A DNA stretch of 61,640 nucleotides, counting the filler, from Fonticula-like sp. SCN 57-25 (taxonomy: Eukaryota): assembly GCA_001724245.1 (NCBI GenBank). It is 11 parts of 11 records of this genome, joined end to end, with 100 filler letters (N's around TTAATTAATTAA, not from the genome) between each part and the next. Parts side by side here need not be neighbours in the genome. Positions count along the whole stretch, not along the records: positions 11,207 to 16,704 come from MEDX01000564.1; positions 16,805 to 22,293 come from MEDX01000565.1; positions 22,394 to 27,876 come from MEDX01000566.1; 8 more parts are not named here. One strand, written 5' to 3'. The notes beneath the pieces are model-generated. The model searched no databases. It was not told where the DNA came from and worked only from the letters and a program-made list of their open reading frames with translations. Numbering within the stretch: position 1 is the stretch's first letter; every line of letters starts with the position of its first letter. Position numbers and translations under genes: made by a program. Of the stretch, positions 12,949 to 26,952 are shown piece after piece.

Positions 12949-13986
12949 ATGGTTGGCGTCGAGGTGCTCGCGGGGCACCATCGCGCCGCGCCCACGGGGA
13001 TGCCGCCGCCGCCGCCAAAGTCGACGTTGGCCGCAGCTTCTTCTTCGTCGCCGGCGTCCAAGCGCATCTCTGTAGACATGCTTGTTAATAGCAACCCGCT
13101 CGCGCAGCTCGCCATGTCGGCGGCGTCACTTCCGTCCATGCCCGCCCCGCGCGACGATGCCCAGATCCGCCGCGACAATGCGGCCACGCTCGTGTCGCTC
13201 GCCGCCGCCGCCGCTGCCGCCCTGCCGCCGTCGCGCGCCCCCTCTGGCTTTTCCCCCACGGGCTTCACTCCCTACTCGATGTTTTCGCCGTACTCTGCCT
13301 CGTCATCGCCCTACCACCCCTCCTCGGCATCGCTCGCGCCGCCCGCGCCGCCGTCGACCGCGCCCATCGTTCGCCACTTTTGCTTTGTGAACGAGTCGCC
13401 TCTGCACGACGGCGCCTGCGACGCCCTGCCCGCCACGCGCGCCCACTCGCGCCAGCCCTCCCCCTCCTCGGTCACGACCGCATCAGCCGACGATGACGAT
13501 GAGCTCGATGGCGATCTCGACTATGACGACGCGTCGCCGCCGTCCTCGTGCCCCTCGCCCGACCACGTCGTCTCGCTCCCCGTGACTGTCATCCCGAGCC
13601 CGCGCGAGGCCGCCGAGGCCGTCCGCCGCTGGTGGGCGAGCGACTGCGCCGAAAAGTGGGCGCTGCCCGTCTGCCCGTGGCCCGAGTGCGGCACCGCCGC
13701 CGCGCAGCCCAAGCAGCTCATCGCGCACATTGTCGAGCACCTGCACCGCGACTATAGCCGCTGCCCGTTCTGCGCGTACCGCCAGGAGGGGAAAAAGTTC
13801 AAGCTGCTGTCGCATCTCCAGCGCCACATCGCCGCCGCGCACAAGTGCCGCTGCGGCGCCACTTTTTCGCAGGTGCAGGCGCTCATGAGGCACAGGCGCG
13901 AGCTGAGGTGCCCGCTAAAGAGCTTCAAGCAGCTCGACAAGACAAAGAGCAGGAAGCGCATCGCCATTGGTCAGCTCGTCGACTAG
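12949..13986 (+). CDS. C2H2-type zinc-finger protein (probable transcription factor); start codon uncertain
   Basis: Pro/Ser/Ala-rich and acidic N-terminal part, then CPWPEC..LIAHIVEH, CPFC..LLSHLQRH, CRCGATF..LMRHRRELRC and a basic tail. Confidence 0.8.
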   Translation: MVGVEVLAGHHRAAPTGMPPPPPKSTLAAASSSSPASKRISVDMLVNSNPLAQLAMSAASLPSMPAPRDDAQIRRDNAATLVSLAAAAAAALPPSRAPSGFSPTGFTPYSMFSPYSASSSPYHPSSASLAPPAPPSTAPIVRHFCFVNESPLHDGACDALPATRAHSRQPSPSSVTTASADDDDELDGDLDYDDASPPSSCPSPDHVVSLPVTVIPSPREAAEAVRRWWASDCAEKWALPVCPWPECGTAAAQPKQLIAHIVEHLHRDYSRCPFCAYRQEGKKFKLLSHLQRHIAAAHKCRCGATFSQVQALMRHRRELRCPLKSFKQLDKTKSRKRIAIGQLVD

Positions 13987-15003
13987 AGTCAGCTCGTCGA
14001 CTAGACATGCAAACTGGACGTTTTGCATGTGCAAACTGTGTGAGTTTGCGAGTGCAAACTGAAAAGTTTGCTGGTTGGAATGTGAACAAGTGGCGGTGTG
14101 AGCGTGTCTAGAGTAGGTTTACAGGTTTACATGTGCAAATTGAGACGAGTTTGCAAAGCTGGTAGGAGGAAAAAGCGCGATATTTTATTATTATAGGTCG
14201 TCGCTGGCATAGCCATTGGCGTTGTTATTCTTGTTCTTGTTACTATTTATATTGCTATTGCTTCACTGCTGCTTGGTATGCGCCGAGGCGTGTCTGCCCT
14301 TGCTGGTACGAGGGCCGCCTTTGGTGCTTATTGGTCAGCAAAAGTGACGCCTTGGTCTATATTTAGCCTTTGTTAGTCTATATTTAGTTATGGTTTGCTT
14401 GTTTTATGTTTTTTTTCGTCGTCGTTGTTGTTAAGGGCGTGGCGGGAAAAGGCGGCTAAATGCGCCGCCCGCCGCGCCTTCTTGATCAGGCCAAAGGCTG
14501 CTATATGTATATCGATATCGATATGAATCAATCAATACACGTCAGTGAAAGTGCAATTTGGCGGGAAAGTGGGGTGGGAAGAAAGAGGGAAGGGAAAGGC
14601 GTTTTAAATATGATTTGGTTTTGTTATGGACATGAGTGGTAATTTGGCGCGAAAGAGAAGAGGAAGAGGTAAGGGAATGTAAGGTTTTCCCGCGCGTTTG
14701 GCTGATGATGTGGCATCAGAGTGGCATCAGTGTAGGGTTTTGGTTACCTTTTTGGTCTATGTTACAGCAGTATGGTAGGCTTGTATACATATGGCAGGTG
14801 TGTTTCATAGTTGGGAACATGGCAAGGACGACGTGTGATTATCGTTGTCTGCCATTGTTGGGTCAAGATGACGCTCATGATCCATGACATGATCAGCCGG
14901 CCTCATGGATGGCCTATGCTACTGGCCATAACACAAAAACAAAACAGAGTAAAAGTGCGTCCAATATAATTATTATGTACAGAAAGAAGAGAGAAATGAT
15001 GCG

Positions 15004-15555
15004 CTAAAAGTCGTGATGGCCTGGCAGCGGTGCTGATACACAATGCCATCGTCAGCATCAGCTTCCTGTTCACTGCAATGCAAAAAGGCGTACCGTCACG
15101 GCGAGCGGTGCAGGCGACAATCTTGACGCGGTCGGCGTGCACGGTCTCGCCGCCATCAAAGCGGAATTGCGTATCGCCGAGCACAAAGGTCCAGACGTCT
15201 TCGACGGAGGGGTACGTCAAGAGGCGGCCCTAGAAAGCAGAAAAGTGGCGTTAAATTACGTAAATTCTTTCAAATAACACAAAATAGAGAAAAAGACTAA
15301 CAAAAATGACGTAAAGAAAGACAATATCGAACACGAACGACACAATAGCCTCATGGGGATGACGGGTACCTTGAATGTGTTCTTTGACTTTACTTGCGTC
15401 CTAAACGTCTCTGCAATCGATTTGTCAAACGTCTGAAGCACCTTTACGGCCAACTGGGGCGTCAGCTCATGGTCCCTCACAAGCTCATCGAGGCTGTCCG
15501 TCAGCGTCGTCCCAAGGGTCGACTTGCGGTACAGCTCGTAGTGATTCACCGCCAT
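15004..15555 (-). CDS. TOA2: Transcription initiation factor IIA gamma subunit, 3 exons
   Basis: YELYRKSTLGTTLTDSLDELV..LAVKVLQTFDKSI..TFK|GRLLTY...VWTFVL..DRVKIVAC. Confidence 0.93.
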
Positions 15556-15577
15556 CTCGAGCAAGGGCACAGGTGGG

Positions 15578-15647
15578 GGTGAATCTGGGGCAGACTTTTA
15601 GGATGTGAATCTGGGGCAGACTATAAAAAGGGTGAATCTGGGGTGAA
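15578..15647. repeat. Three copies of GTGAATCTGGGG(CAGACT) immediately upstream of TFIIA-gamma
   Basis: Read directly; spacing ~26-27 bp. Confidence 0.8.
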
Positions 15648-16184
15648 CAAATCAGACAATCAGCGTGGGTAACGGCAGACTAGGCAAGGAAAAGTAGGCC
15701 TTGTGGCGTTTAACTAGTATTGTACGTGCTCTATATTATATATTTCTTTTAGCACTACACAACTGTATATATTTCACTTTTTTATTGTTTTTAATTGTGC
15801 TTTTTGCTTGCCCACGTCCGTTCCACGCCGGGATTGCACCAAATCAGAAAAATCAGACGAAAATCAGAAAAGAATCAGTCAACGTCACCACCGCTGTAAC
15901 GCCACACCGTCACGGGCGACATCCCACTCGGAGGTCGTCTTAGAGCCTTCCTTTGCGGTCCAGAGAGTGACCTTTGAAGGAACGAGGGCGGCAAGCGCGA
16001 GCGGGCTGCAGGGAGAGAGACAAGTAGAAAAAGGATTGCTGATATTGACGTGAGTGTTAATCACTCGTGTTCATCTCGGCATCTCGCTTCTCCCGACGGG
16101 CAATCTCGCCCCTCTCTTCCATTTTAATTGACTTTTTTCCTTCCGCCGTCTTTTTCTTCATCTCGAATTTGCACTACGCAGCCA

Positions 16185-16704
16185 TGAACGCGCGCATCCT
16201 TTTTGCCTGCGTTTTCTTGGCGCTTTCCCTTTCCATCCCCCTTGTGTCATCGACCTCGGACACTTCGTTTACGCAAATCCGCTCTGACACGTACACCATC
16301 AGCATCTCCAACTCGGCGCTGGTACGAAACAAAAGATGTCGGGGATGATGCGGGCAGGGATCGTTTTGAATGTTAAAAGAGCCATCGCATTGCGCGGGAA
16401 TGCGCCCAACCCAAACGCGCGTTCGGGCATGCCCCCCTTGCCCATCATCATGTGCTGACATCCCCCGGTAGGTCCGCTGCTTCTTCCTCTACAGCCGCGA
16501 AGACGTCGTCGGCGGCAAGCAGGACGCCGCCATCGAAGGTCCGCTTTGCTTTTTTTCTTTATTTTTCATGCTCATTTGTTTCCTCAGTTGTGCTCGAGTC
16601 GGCATCGTCCGAGGCGCTCGTCTACTTTTTCAACCACAAGGAGTTTGAGTTTGGCTACACGGACGAGGCTGGCAACCAGGTACAATGGCCACGTGGAAGG
16701 GAAT
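16185..16704 (+). CDS. Signal-peptide protein, possibly PTM1/TMEM87/GPR107-type lumenal domain; 3' truncated
   Basis: Signal peptide MNARILFACVFLALSLSIPLVSS; spliced VRCFFLYSREDVVGGKQDAAIE|VVLES.. loosely resembles the PTM1 N-terminus from memory. Confidence 0.4.
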
Positions 16705-16809
16705 NNNNNNNNNNNNNNNNNNNNNNNNNNNNNNNNNNNNNNNNNNNNTTAATTAATTAANNNNNNNNNNNNNNNNNNNNNNNNNNNNNNNNNNNNNNNN
16801 NNNNCTACT

Positions 16810-18917
16810 CTACGGCTCGATGCTGTTGTGCTGCGCGAGCCACATGCCCGCGTACACGCCATCCCTGCTCATGAGCTGCCCGTGCGTCCCCTCCTCGACG
16901 ACGCCATTCTTCCCCACGACAATAATCTTGTCCGCGTCCATGATGGTCGACAGCCTGTGCGCGACAACGACCGTCGTGCGCTTCCTCGACGCGTCGCGCA
17001 GCGTCGACCCAATGACGCGCTCCGTCACCGTATCGAGCGCGCTCGTCGCCTCATCAAGCAGGAGAATCGGCGCGTCCTTGAGGAGCGCGCGCGCAATGCT
17101 GACACGCTGCTTTTCGCCGCCCGACAGCTTGAGCCCACGCTCGCCGACAACAGTGTCGAGCCCCGCCGGCAGCGCGCGAATCGTGTCCGTGAGCGCCGCG
17201 AGCCCGGCCGCGCGCTCGACCGCCTCTTGCGGCGAGCCAATGCGGCCGTACGCAATGTTGAAGCCGAGCGTGTCGTTGAAGAGCACCGTGTCCTGCGGGA
17301 TCACGGCCATCTCGCGTCGGAGGCTGTCGAGGTCAACGTCGCGGATCGGCTGCCCGTCAAAGAGGATTCGCCCGCGCGTCGGCTCGGCAAAGCGGAACAG
17401 CAGGCGAAGCACGGTCGACTTGCCCGACCCGCTCGAGCCGACGAGCGCCACGCGCTGGCCGGCCGGAATGTCAAAGGAAAGGTTCTCAAAGATGGTGCGG
17501 CCGTCCTCGTAGGCAAAGGAAACGTCCTCAAACTGGATGCGGCCGCCCTTGTACTCGTAAAGCGGCGCGCCGGGCGCAGATTGGATGCGCGGCTGGATCG
17601 CCTGCAGCGAAAAGAGCGACTCCATATCAATAAAAGACTGCTTCAGCTCGCGGTAGACGGTGCCCAAAAAGTTGAGCGGCAGCGAAAGCTGGAACACGAG
17701 GCCGTTCACCATCACAAGGTCGCCGACGGTGAGGCCGCCGCCAAGAACGCCCTGGCTCGTCATCAGCATCATGCCGGTGAGCGCGACGGAAAAGATAAAG
17801 GATTGGCCAAAGTTGAGCAGCGCAAGCGACGACTGAGTCTCAATCGACGCGGCCTCGTATTTTTGAAGCGCGCTGTCGTAGCGCGCCGTCTCAAACTCTT
17901 CATTATTGAAATACTGTGCAGCAAAGGCGGTCAGCATGCGCCAAAAGAGACAAAATAATACGCACTTTAACGCCCTCATAGTTGATGAGCGAGTCAACGG
18001 CGCGCGTGGCGGCCTGGTTGTCGGCGGCGTTCATCTGCTGGCGGAACTTTGTGCGCCACTGCGTGATGCCAAAGGTAAAAGCGGTGTATGCCGCGATTGT
18101 GCCGACGGTGGCCGCCGCGTAGGTCGCGCCAAAGCGGTACCCGAGAATGCCCGCCACCATGCTCACCTCGAGGATCGTCGGGGCAACGTGAAAGACAAGA
18201 GAAGTAAGCACAAAACTGATGCCTCTGTCGCGGTGTGTCAGTCGACAGCCAAACAAGATCTTTGTCGCACTTGGTGCCGCGGTCCAGCGCGCGCGAAAGG
18301 CCGCCCGTCTGCCTGCCGAGGTGGAAAGAAAGGTCAAGGCGGTGCAAGTGGCGGAAAATGTCCTTGGCGACGCTGCGGATCGCCTTTTGCGCAACGGCGG
18401 CAAAGACGGCATTGCGCGCCTCGCTAAAGAGCGCCGCGCCCGTCCGCGCCGCGCCATCTGCAATCAGCGCGTTAGCATGCAAAAAGAGAGCCACAAAGCC
18501 GTACAGCCGAGCAGGACAGTTCCGCCGGCGGTCCACAGGCTAATGTCGCCGGCCATGGGCGCGACGGCGTTGAGCGAGTCGACCGCATCCTTGAAGAGGA
18601 ACGGCACCTGCACGTTCAGCGCTTTGCCCGCAAGCAGCAGGCCGAGCGAGCCGACGACACGGCGACGCAGGCCTGGGTTGTCCTTGGCCCACAAGTGCGG
18701 CGCCAAGAGCTTCACCATGTCCCACTCGCTCAGCTTTCCCTCCTACCGCGTAAATTTGTAAGCATCATGGCCGTGGGCAGCCCAGGCACACCTTTTTCTT
18801 CTTTTCAACCGGCGCGTTGGGTTGCGTGGCAGAAGCCAGCTTTGGCACCGTGGAAGAGAGGCCGCGCCAGTGTAGCAACCTTGCGCTTCCGCGCGGAGCG
18901 GCACACACGAGGCGCAT
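16810..18917 (-). CDS. ATM1: Mitochondrial ABC half-transporter ATM1/ABCB7
   Basis: Arg-rich presequence [55 protein letters not shown]; Walker [27 protein letters not shown]. Confidence 0.96.
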
Positions 18918-19414
18918 GCCGGCCTTGTTGCCAAGCCAGGCGACGGGATCGGTGGAGGCTAATGCAATCTCTGATTTCTGCTGATTACCTCAAATTTTAC
19001 TGATTGGTACTGATTGGTGCTGATTCTAGCTGATTTCGACTGATTCATATTTGTCGCCCCATCAGCTCGGCATTTCCATTCCCAACCTGTTACCCACAAT
19101 ATTCTGCAGGGGAACCACCCGACGGATACGCTGAATCTTTTGCAGCGCTGGGCATCTCCGTTCATTGCGTGTTTGTAGGGGGACGTCGCGTTTGCGCTCC
19201 TCTTGCTTGACACGCTTACAATTTGTTTGCCGCGGTGGGCGATTCGGCAACTGGCGAGTGGGGCGACTGGCTCCGTTGGCTTGCACAGCAGCCGTGGATC
19301 GCGGCAAGCGCCGTTGCAGAGGCCGGTGCTGACTTGCTAGGGTTTGGCCCGGAGGCGCGTGAGGCTAGGCAGAGAAAGGAGGAGGTTGACGCGGGTGACC
19401 GTCAGCGCGCAACG

Positions 19415-20603
19415 ATGCCGGCGACGGTCGATCCCGAGACGCTCTACGTGCTCGTAGAGCGCATTGGCAGGGGCGCGTTTGGAATCGTGTACAAGGGGCT
19501 CGCGCGCGACTCGAGCAAGGCGATTGCCGTAAAGGTGATTGACATGGAGGCCGCGCGCGACGAGATTGACGATCTGCAAAAGGAGATTGTGATGCTGTCG
19601 CAGTGCCGATCGGCCCACGTCGTCGAGTACTACCGCTCCTACGCCAAGGGCATGAAGCTGTGGATCTTTATGGAGCTGATGGTCGGCTCTGCATTTGACC
19701 TGATGCGCCCCAAAAAGGCGCCCAGTTTCACCGAGCCCGAGATTGCGTGCATTGCGCGCGACATGCTGCACGGGCTCGAGTACCTGCACAGCGATCGCCG
19801 GATCCACCGCGACATCAAGTCGGCGAATGTTCTCATCTCAGAGACTGGCATGGTGAAGCTGGCTGATCTCGGTGCGTCGACGCAGCTGAGCGCCTTTTAC
19901 CCCAAGGCGAGCGCCTTTTGCGGCACGCTGCACTGGATGGCGCCCGAGATCGTCCGCAAGGAGCAGTACGACATGCGCGTCGACATCTTTTCCTTTGGCA
20001 TCACACTTTGGGAGCTGGCACGGCGCGTCCCGCCGCACGACGAGCAGCCCGGCCAGCACGCGTCGTACATCAACAGCATCCACCCGCTGCCTGCGCTCCC
20101 GGGCGACTTTTCCAAGGACTTTAAAGAGATCATTGCCGCGTGCGTCCGGCTGAACCCGGGCGAGCGGCCGTCGGCGCGTGACCTCTTGAAATACCGCTGG
20201 ATCAAGAACGCGCGGAAACCGTCCAACTTTTTGCAGGAAAAGTTTGCTTATTATGACAAGTGGCGGCTACGCGGCGGCGACGACGACGACGATGACGACG
20301 ACGACTCGGACAGCGACGCCGACGCCGACGACCGCGCGCATTTTATCGAGGAGGACCCGTCGCACTTTTGGGACTTTTCGCCGGGGTCGCCCACGCCAGA
20401 GCAGCGCGCGGCCGCAAAGGAAAAGTCGGCCGACGACAGCGACACTCAGCTCGACAGGGAGAACTGGTCAGCCAAGTTCAAGCCGCCGTCGGTGCGCACT
20501 TTTGCATTATTTTGTGTCCACGTGCTCACATGGGATGCAGAGGAGGCAGTCGAAGCGGAAAGGCACCAGGGGGCAGCGCCAGCGCGCGCTCGCGGCGGAC
20601 TGA
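19415..20603 (+). CDS. STE20/GCK-III family Ser/Thr kinase (MST3/STK25/Sid1-like)
   Basis: GRGAFG, AVK, KEIVMLSQC, HRDIKSAN, DLG, GTLHWMAPE; acidic tail; one 3' intron. Confidence 0.9.
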
Positions 20604-20935
20604 GACTATCGTTTCGCCTTGCTATCTGGCATGGTCGAGTAGCAGCAGGCAGCGATTGGCAGTCGTGCCGCAGAAAAAGTGCATAAAACGGTCAATATTC
20701 AGCATAATTCTTATCTTTTTGGCAGCTCGTCGCGTCGGCATTTCATTTTTCGCCTTCATTTTTCGGCTTCCATTCCATATATATGGTTCATTTGCAGGCT
20801 GCAGGCCTCACCCACTAGGCATATTTTTGTGTTTGTGTTTGTTGTTGTTTCAGAATATTGCATATGAATGGTTTCTATTTTAATTCATAAATACAAGAAG
20901 CAAAGGAACACGTTGCAACATAACCTCAAAAAAGC

Positions 20936-22184
20936 TCACCTGATTGCCAGCGACGCGCTCGCCACCAGCACGGTCGTCCCGAGCGCGTCCGCGAGCGACG
21001 TCACGTACGGCGCCACGTGGTTATCCGGATTGAGCCCCGTGCGCCACGCTGCGACCACGTGGGTTAGCATAGCGCGGCCAATATGAGCGCGTACCGTGGC
21101 TCGTGAGCAAGTCGGCGGCGATGAGCAGCACGACGACCTGAAGAAAGACGCCAGCAAGGTAGGCCGTCAGGAACGCGCCGTCGAGCAGGTGCGTTCTCCC
21201 GCCAAACACTGCAATGGGCAAGATGAAGCAGAGGTGCAGCGGGATCGTGATGGCGAGCACGGTCACCTCGGCGCTGAACAGCTTTGGCTGGTGGTCGCCG
21301 TCGTTCTTCTTGTGCAGCGCCGACGACTGCTTGGAGCTGACGACGCTCGCGAGGTTGCCGCCGAGGCCGTTGATGAGCGGGCTGATGAGCATGACGCCGG
21401 CGCGCTCGAGCGTGTGCATGCCGCTCTCGAGAAAGTAGCCGGCCACGCTGCTGAAGCACAGGGCGAGAAAGTAGGGCGTCCAGCCGTCGCGCAGGACAGC
21501 GGCGGTGCGGCGATCGCGGCCGGACAGCGAGTACGCAAAGGGAAGGACAAGCGCGAGGAAAGCGGCAAAGACGAGGAAAAGGGAAAAGGTGCTGAAGCTG
21601 TCAATCACTGTGGCCGACAGGCCGAGGACGAGGATCGCCAGCAGATCGCCGAGCGATGCCACAAGGGGGCCAAGCAGATTGTCCGGATCCATATTGTACC
21701 GCTGCGACACCACGAGGATCAACCCAGTCAGCAGGCCAAGGAGAACGGCGTCTGCCCACGACGTGACAATGCTCGTGAATAGAAGGACGAGGAGGCTGCG
21801 CAGGGACGCCGTCCCCCCGGACAAGACAGAGACGATAAAGGCAAGGAGGCCAGAGACGGCCGCAACGGCGACCGCCTGAATCTGGACGACGCCCATGTTG
21901 GAGACAAAGACATTGTTCTTGTTAAAGTTGGAACCGCCAAGGACGCCCGTGTGGAACGCAGTGCCGAGGCGGCTCGCGAGCGTCATCTCGAGATTACACT
22001 TTAGGCCGAGCAGCATCGGCAGCAGCATGAGCAGCGTCGGATGCGCTGACGTGACCGGCCATCCCTCCACAAGCTCGAGCACCAGGCCGGCCGAGACAAG
22101 ACCCACGCCACTCACAAGCATGGCGGGCATCGCCTCGATCGCAAGCTGCCGGTCAAACCGCGGTAGTCGCATCTCGACGCCCAT
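20936..22184 (-). CDS. SLC41: SLC41/MgtE-type divalent cation transporter
   Basis: NLEMTLASRL, MDPDNLLGPLVASLGDLL, PLINGLGGNLA and, after splicing, LNPDNHVAPYVTSLADALGT (duplicated MgtE domain). Confidence 0.9.
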
Positions 22185-22393
22185 CGCCGCGCCTCGTCAG
22201 GAACCCCGCGAGCGTTTGCGACGCAAAGACGATCGCTGACTCACAGTATATCACGTGAATTGTGCTGACACATCACGTGCTGTTCCTGCTTCCNNNNNNN
22301 NNNNNNNNNNNNNNNNNNNNNNNNNNNNNNNNNNNNNTTAATTAATTAANNNNNNNNNNNNNNNNNNNNNNNNNNNNNNNNNNNNNNNNNNNN

Positions 22394-23060
22394 GACGAAG
22401 GCCTCGCGTTCCTCTCGCCGCACCCGATGCGCGCCGACTACATTCTTTTGCCGCGCGACGCCAAGGACCCGCACGACTTTCACACGCGCATCTGCCAGCA
22501 CGCAGAAATCACCATTCCCGGCATGCCCACCGTGCGCCTTTCTTTACCCGATAACATTCACGTACTTATCGCATGTTTGCTTTGATTTCATAGCCGCTGC
22601 ATGTGTTCCAAACGCACTTGTCGCTCAGCGCGAGCGCACAGCGCCGCTCCGCCCTCAAGATTGCGCGCTTCATGTCGCGCTTCCCGCAGCCGCAGCTGCT
22701 CATGGGCGACATGAACGCCGAGCCCGACTCTGACATTATCCAGTACGCACGTGCACACTGCTGCTATGTGGCTCATGCTGTGACTTTTGTAGGTTTTTCA
22801 GCGGAAAGACAAAGATTGGCGGCATGCAGTTGCGCGGCTGGCGCGACGCGTGGCTCGAGCTTCACCCCGAACCTGTTGTCGGCTCCGAGCACACGGCGGG
22901 CTTCACGTTCAGCCAGGACAACCCGCGCAAGCGCATCGACTTTGTCTTTGTCGTCGGCGACGAGCTGCAGGTCAGCAGCATGCGCACGTTCGGCGCCGAC
23001 CCGGAAGAGTGGCCGTCAGACCACCTCGGCCTCCTGCTCAAGCTAAAGTGGAACGTCTAA
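22394..23060 (+). CDS. Endonuclease/exonuclease/phosphatase (EEP) family protein, 5' truncated
   Basis: THLSL, LMGDMNAEP, KRIDFVF and PSDH motifs across three exons. Confidence 0.85.
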
Positions 23061-23207
23061 GAACGGCCACAAATTTTGCTCATTTCTTTCATTTCTTTCG
23101 TCCGCGGCGGCGCTTTTTTATGATTGTTTCCGCGACTGTATTTGGCATGTTTGAACTAATAACACTTTTTTTTTCATGTATGTACACCCGAATGGTGCAC
23201 GCCGCGC

Positions 23208-24739
23208 CTAGCGCCGCTTCGTGTGGTCGGGCTCCTCAATCCCAGTGGCGACGACCGACACGCGCACCCGCCCCGTGAGGCTCTCATCAAAGCTCGAGCC
23301 GAAAATGATATTTGCGTTCTCGTCAACCTCTTGGCGCACCCTGAGACATTAAAGTCAGCAATTCATGTAAAAAACACCCAAAAAAATGTCATAAAAATGC
23401 ACAAAAAGACACAAAAACGGACCTGTTGGCAGCCTGGTCGACCTCAAAGAGGGTCATGTCGGACCCGCCGTTGATATTGATGAGCACTCCCTTGGCGCCG
23501 CGGAGCGTCGCGTCCTCGAGGAGCGGGTTGCTGATGGCCGCCTCGGCCGCCCGCAGCGCGCGGTTCTCGCCCTATTTCAACACAATTTAGCGCTGAAAAC
23601 TGCCAAAAAGGCGTATTTTTCGCCCAAAAAAGTGTCCAAATTACGTACGTCGCACTCGCCCGTGCCCATCATGGCCTTTCCGCTGCCCTTCATGACGGCG
23701 CGGACGTCGGCAAAATCGAGGTTGATGAGGCCCGGCATCACCATGAGGTCGGTGATCGAGCGCACGCCGTCGTGCAGCACCTCGTCGGCCATCTTGAAGG
23801 CGTCGGCGAGCGACGTGCGCTCGTTCGCTCGCCTGAACAGGTTCTGGTTGGGGATCACGATCAGCGTGTCGACCACCTTGACCATCTCGCGGATGCCGGC
23901 CTCGGCGAGGCGCATCCGGTGAAGGCCCTCAAAGTGGAAGGGGCGTGTGACGACGCCGACGGTGAGGACGCCTTGCTCGCTCGCGGCGCGCGCGATGACG
24001 GGGGCGGCGCCGGTGCCGGTGCCGCCGCCCATGCCGGCAGTGATAAACACCATGTGAGATCTGGCGCAGCGTCAGAGGGGATCGGAAAGAAACGTAGTTG
24101 AAAAGACGCATGAAAAGAGCCAAATGGAATAAAAATGACGCAAAGAAAAGGAAAATGAATATGAAAAACGCACCCCTTGATCGACTCGACGACATCGTCG
24201 AGCGACTCGCTGGCGGCCGCGGCGCCAATGTCGGGCTTGGCTCCCGCGCCGAGGCCCTTGGTGAGCGAGCGGCCGAGCTGCACGCGACGCTCGCACAGAG
24301 ACTTAAAGCCACGTCAGCGCGCACAAAGAAAGGCAAAGCATATTCATACCTGCGAGACGGCCTGCGCATCCGTGTTGGCGATCACAAACTCGACGCCCTG
24401 GAGGCGGCGCGCAATCATGTTGTTGACGGCATTGCCACCGGCGCCTCCCACACCCACAACCGAGATGCGCGGGCGCGCAAAGAGGTCCGTGTCCAAAGAC
24501 GGAGACGCGGGCGCCGCCGTCACCGACGCCTTTGGCTCCTTTCATCACCAATTCCCAATGGTTAGCAACCCGGGATCACGAGGAAGCGCATCATGACGTA
24601 CAGCGGCGGCGGGAGCGCGCGCAGCCGCAGCAGCAGCGCGGCCAATAATGGTAACATGGCGCGCCTGAAGCCCCTCGGCGGCCGACCGAAGCACCGTCGG
24701 GACCGTCCTTAGCGCCGACCCGGACCACAGCATCGGCAT
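23208..24739 (-). CDS. ftsZ: FtsZ with N-terminal mitochondrial-type presequence and 5 introns; short-tailed FtsZ2-type paralogue
   Basis: Spliced: [21 protein letters not shown]..|..[26 protein letters not shown]|..[10 protein letters not shown]..|..[30 protein letters not shown]..|..NPLLED..|..[34 protein letters not shown]. First intron is 24539-24601. Confidence 0.96.
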
Positions 24740-24966
24740 GGCGATCCTCTTGTTTCAAACCAACAAAACGAAACCAAATTTGGCGCGCCTTTCGATTTCT
24801 TTTTTTGGGCCCTTTTTCGTCGCTTTTCACAACCAATTTTGTTCATCTTCTTTGTATTAAATATTCTCGATAGACATTTCCCAACCACAGACACACGGCA
24901 TTTTTAACCCACAGCTTCATTCTAATGGGAGATTTTGTGAAAATGTACATGGACTATAGGAAGCGA

Positions 24967-26752
<1,786 letters not shown>

Positions 26753-26952
26753 GGCACCTGTGTGTGAATGACAAAGGAGGAAAAGGTAGGCTCGAGGAAA
26801 AAGGAAACGTGCCCGTCTTTTCGATCCAGCGAAAAGGGACCTTCTGGATGATGGGCAATATGAGGCAGCGTGATCGCCTATTCAACCTGATTGCCGGTTC
26901 CAGATTGGTTTGTGGATCGATGCAAACCGCCGCCAGTTTGCATCTTCCGGCA

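Noticed and set aside
13970-14005. 18-bp tandem duplication spanning the zinc-finger stop codon
   Set aside because: It is a simple slippage duplication with no coding consequence.
19860-19875. Kinase has DLG instead of DFG (possible pseudokinase)
   Set aside because: DLG occurs in active kinases, and the VAIK-type Lys, HRD and APE motifs are intact.
23208-24739. FtsZ as a bacterial contaminant or plastid FtsZ
   Set aside because: It has spliceosomal introns and eukaryotic neighbours, no plastid-related genes appear in the window, and the sequence looks alphaproteobacterial-like. A formal tree is still needed.
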